Assembly: GCF_000014265.1 (NCBI RefSeq)
Contig: NC_008312.1
Span: 1,110,001 to 1,142,000, forward strand
From: Trichodesmium erythraeum IMS101
GTDB taxonomy: Bacteria; Cyanobacteriota; Cyanobacteriia; Cyanobacteriales; Microcoleaceae
DNA length: 32,000 bases
Reading direction: 5' to 3'
Within the stretch, counting starts at the first letter, position 1, and every line of letters starts with the position of its first letter. Positions 29,656-32,000 of the stretch are shown here, piece after piece. A model generated the notes under the pieces. The model did no database searches and had not been told where the DNA came from. It was given only the letters and a program-made list of their open reading frames with translations. The position numbers and the translations under genes were made by a program.

Positions 29656-31056
29656 CTAATTTTTCAGGTTCAATTTACGGTTAAAAAGACGGCACAGTCT
29701 TTCTGCCAGTCGTTGATAAGGTTTACCTGTTAAAATATCAATAATATTTAACAAAGAACTATCTTCTTCAACAGCAGAATATTCAAATAAATTTATTTCT
29801 CTACGCAATTCACTTTGCCAGTCTATAACTATTGGGTAAAAACGATCTTCTTGACCATTGGAGTTAGGAACATCTTCGCTAGAGCTATAGTAATGATCTT
29901 GAAAAACACTATAAGCGTCCTCTCGAAATTTTCTCAGCTCCTGCTCTCTTCCTGGTACACCTATTCCTGGAGCTAGAGCATGGATGAGTAACAGTGGCAA
30001 AGCTTCGGGAGCTAAAGGTTTTGCTAGACGACGAATAACTTGAGTTAGTCCTGCCCAACTTTGACGAGATTGAGTGCCAAAAATGACTGCTGCATGGGAG
30101 AATTCAGCGATCGCTAATCCTCCAAGATCGTGAAAACCTGTTCTGGTATCAAGTAAAATAAAATCTAGTTTCCCTGCTGCTTCATTCAGTTCTTTGAACT
30201 TATCAGACGCTGCTTCATTCAGTTCTTTGAACATATCAGACCAAGTTTTTTCCAGTGGGTTATTGACATTGAGCAAATTCTGGCAATCAAGTCTTGCCAA
30301 CTTTTCCAGATAGTTATTATCCACATTTCCTGCACTCAGTATAGGTAAAATTCTGTCTTCATCTCCTAATAAATTTTCATCCTTGAATGATTCTAAATGA
30401 TCCTTAAGTTCCCAATTCTTACCTTGGATATTTTTCTCTAACAAATAATCAATTATCCCTGGAAGACTCTTCTCTCGATCTGGGAAGAAAAAAGTGAATA
30501 TACCAGGAGATTCTAAATCTAAATCGACTACAGCTACTTGATGACCGTGACGAGCTAATGTCAGAGCTGTTGCAACTAATGTTGTTGTGCGACCAACTCC
30601 ACCTTTGAAGGAAAAAAACGAAACTATTGCTGGTTTATGACCTTGATCTACTACTTTCTGAGGCCAAGGAGGCTCAGTTTCTTTTTTATTTGTCCATGCT
30701 TGTTTAGCAACATGACGCTCTAACACATACCAACGAGGTTGACTTTCATCATCCCATTCAGCGGAAACTCTTTCCGAGCGGATCACATCTATCAAATTTT
30801 TATAACCATCTTTTTCTCCTTGTGGTAGCCAAATATCGTGGCCGTAGTAGGAAACGAGTTTATTCTCAAGGCGTTCTTCTAAGTGATTTAGAATAATATC
30901 TTCAAGATTTTTGTTTTCTAGAGGTTCCAGGAAAAGTCTAATCTTTCCCTGCACATCGCGAATTATAGTTATTGATTCTAGTTGGTCTTTTATAGAAGAT
31001 TCTTCAAAGCATTCTTGCACTTTGTCAAATGTTTCACTGAAAGTAATATTAGTCAT
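29656..31056 (-). CDS. ParA/MinD-like ATPase with a variant deviant Walker A (KGGVGR) and an unknown ~140-aa N-terminal domain
   Basis: 466-aa ORF with IVSFFSFKGGVGRTTTLVATALTLARHGHQVAVVDLDLESPG and ILLDTRTGFHD. Its ATG (31054-31056) directly abuts the TAA of the upstream gene. A GAGGAG lies 7 nt upstream. Confidence 0.8.
   Translation of the reverse strand: MTNITFSETFDKVQECFEESSIKDQLESITIIRDVQGKIRLFLEPLENKNLEDIILNHLEERLENKLVSYYGHDIWLPQGEKDGYKNLIDVIRSERVSAEWDDESQPRWYVLERHVAKQAWTNKKETEPPWPQKVVDQGHKPAIVSFFSFKGGVGRTTTLVATALTLARHGHQVAVVDLDLESPGIFTFFFPDREKSLPGIIDYLLEKNIQGKNWELKDHLESFKDENLLGDEDRILPILSAGNVDNNYLEKLARLDCQNLLNVNNPLEKTWSDMFKELNEAASDKFKELNEAAGKLDFILLDTRTGFHDLGGLAIAEFSHAAVIFGTQSRQSWAGLTQVIRRLAKPLAPEALPLLLIHALAPGIGVPGREQELRKFREDAYSVFQDHYYSSSEDVPNSNGQEDRFYPIVIDWQSELRREINLFEYSAVEEDSSLLNIIDILTGKPYQRLAERLCRLFNRKLNLKN
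30176..30241. repeat. 33-bp tandem duplication inside the ParA-like gene (in frame, 11 aa)
   Basis: 30176-30208 and 30209-30241 differ at one position (30199 t versus 30232 a). The protein reads SDMFKELNEAASDKFKELNEAAG. Confidence 0.9.
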
Positions 31057-31581
31057 TTAAAGCTCCTCACTAGATATCCTACCATCCAAAATTAGTTTGG
31101 GAATAATTTCGTTATAGATTTCTGCTGCTCGTTTAACTGCTTCTTTTGCCTTGAATTCCTTGCACCAACCAGACTGAAAATAACGTCGCTCTGGATGATA
31201 TTCAGCTAAAACTGTCCCTTTTATCCGGGAAATTGACAGTTGAGCATCAAGAATAGGATAAATTATCCGTAATCTTCCAATGCCTTTACCTTGAAGTTGT
31301 CTTAAATTGTGACCGAATTTTTGACAAGCTTTATTGTTAATATATTGCTCTACTATAACTTTAAGAGTACATTCTACCACATAGCCTGCCAAGTAAACTG
31401 CATTATCCCAACGATGTTGAGCTAGCATAATTTCTGCATCATATAAATGCCTTCCAGCAGCTTGGATAAATGACTCTTTAAAATGACTCTTAAATGACTC
31501 TTTGATAGATGAATCTTTTGAATCTTTTGAATCTTTTGACTCTTTTGACTCTTTTGACTCTTTGATAGATGAATCTTTCAT
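31057..31581 (-). CDS. HEPN-domain protein with a low-complexity K/E/D/S-rich N-terminus
   Basis: 174-aa ORF. AAGRHLYDAEIMLAQHRWDNAVYLAGYVVECTLKVIV...FGHNLRQL...YHPERRYF matches the helical HEPN pattern (A..L...g.y..a..la.qa.E..lK ... tHdL..L ... RYp). The N-terminus is MKDSSIKESKESKESKDSKDSKDSSIKES. Confidence 0.65.
   Translation of the reverse strand: MKDSSIKESKESKESKDSKDSKDSSIKESFKSHFKESFIQAAGRHLYDAEIMLAQHRWDNAVYLAGYVVECTLKVIVEQYINNKACQKFGHNLRQLQGKGIGRLRIIYPILDAQLSISRIKGTVLAEYHPERRYFQSGWCKEFKAKEAVKRAAEIYNEIIPKLILDGRISSEEL
31511..31564. repeat. six tandem 9-bp units (gaatctttt x3, gactctttt x2, gactctttg) encoding the KES/KDS repeats
   Basis: Read directly from the sequence. The array is flanked by a 23-bp direct repeat gactctttgatagatgaatcttt at 31496-31518 and 31556-31578. 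Confidence 0.9.
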
Positions 31582-31613
31582 ATTTTAATCAGCTAAGTTT
31601 CTCCCTTTAATGG

Positions 31614-31934
31614 TTAAAAAATATTCTCATCTGGAACTTCTTTATTTGTATAATAAGCTGTCGCTTTCTTGGCCGCAATTTCTACTGGGACATCTTCTGG
31701 CACCAACTGATCACGAATAGGCACTCGCTCCACTATTTTAATACCAGAGTTAATAATAGGGCTATATTTGATATCACTCATCGACACTAAACCCTCAATA
31801 TTACTCATGCCTAAGCAATGAAAAACATCAGCCATTAATTCCCGAAACCGCATATTTTGTAATCCTACTACACATTCAGTCCCAGGAAAATTATGATTTA
31901 TATGGTAGTATAATATAAATCTAACTATTAGTAT
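31614..31934 (-). pseudogene. C-terminal fragment of a GTP cyclohydrolase II (RibA-family)-like gene
   Basis: RFRELMADVFHCLGMSNIEGLVSMSDIKYSPIINSGIKIVERVPI aligns with the E. coli RibA C-terminus [46 protein letters not shown]. The open frame is bounded upstream by a stop at 31935-31937, so the catalytic N-terminal ~130 aa are missing. Confidence 0.6.
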
Positions 31935-31973
31935 TTAAATCAACATTAGTCGTAAGTCTTTAGCTATCAGATA

Positions 31974-32000
31974 CTGAAAACTGTTGACTGTTGACTGATA
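31974..32000. repeat. heptanucleotide tandem repeat (ctgttga; complement of the CAACAGT-type STRR)
   Basis: actgaaa ctgttga ctgttga ctgata lies at the window edge and may continue beyond it. Confidence 0.7.

Noticed and set aside
29656-31056. The ParA-like gene as a plasmid or chromosome partition ATPase (parA/soj).
   Set aside because: There is no parB-like partner or centromere-like repeats nearby. It has a large extra N-terminal domain and a Lys-to-Arg variant Walker A. It is also tightly coupled to a HEPN gene and a second ATPase, which does not fit a partition locus.
1-32000. tRNA, rRNA, tmRNA, riboswitch or group I/II intron signatures.
   Set aside because: I recognised no cloverleaf-like or otherwise familiar conserved RNA motifs while reading both strands. 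Without a covariance-model scan this is a weak negative.

Overview
This window is from an AT-rich cyanobacterial chromosome, almost certainly a heterocystous Nostocales strain. Support: many GCGATCGC (HIP1) octamers, STRR-like heptamer repeats, and the fbp-tal-zwf-opcA operon. It has three parts. (1) 1-10.3 kb is an intact core region: a HAD hydrolase, a Dabb protein, and the oxidative pentose phosphate operon fbp-tal-zwf-opcA with a clean terminator. (2) 10.3-26.4 kb is a heavily eroded accessory region. Intact genes there are folB, folK, panD, a methyltransferase, and a tandemly duplicated two-gene cassette (SDR reductase plus divergent dihydropteroate-synthase-like pterin-binding protein, two copies). 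They sit among at least eight decayed genes: two methyltransferases, a gamma-butyrobetaine-hydroxylase-like dioxygenase, a PTPS/QueD-like gene, a Cys-rich gene remnant, an IS5-family element and a transposase relic. Disruptions are in-frame stop codons, homopolymer frameshifts and perfect tandem duplications. (3) 27-31.6 kb on the minus strand holds a tightly packed, fully intact operon: a HEPN-domain protein, a ParA/MinD-like ATPase with a KGGVGR variant Walker A, and a 500-aa P-loop ATPase. An orphan EgtD-like methyltransferase follows it and a truncated GTP cyclohydrolase II-like fragment precedes it. The HEPN/ATPase/ATPase trio is my best candidate for an undescribed conflict (anti-phage) system. 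The duplicated SDR plus DHPS-like cassette in a pterin-gene neighbourhood is the second candidate. I recognised no rRNA, tRNA or CRISPR array. All calls rest on manual translation and motif recognition; no database search was run.
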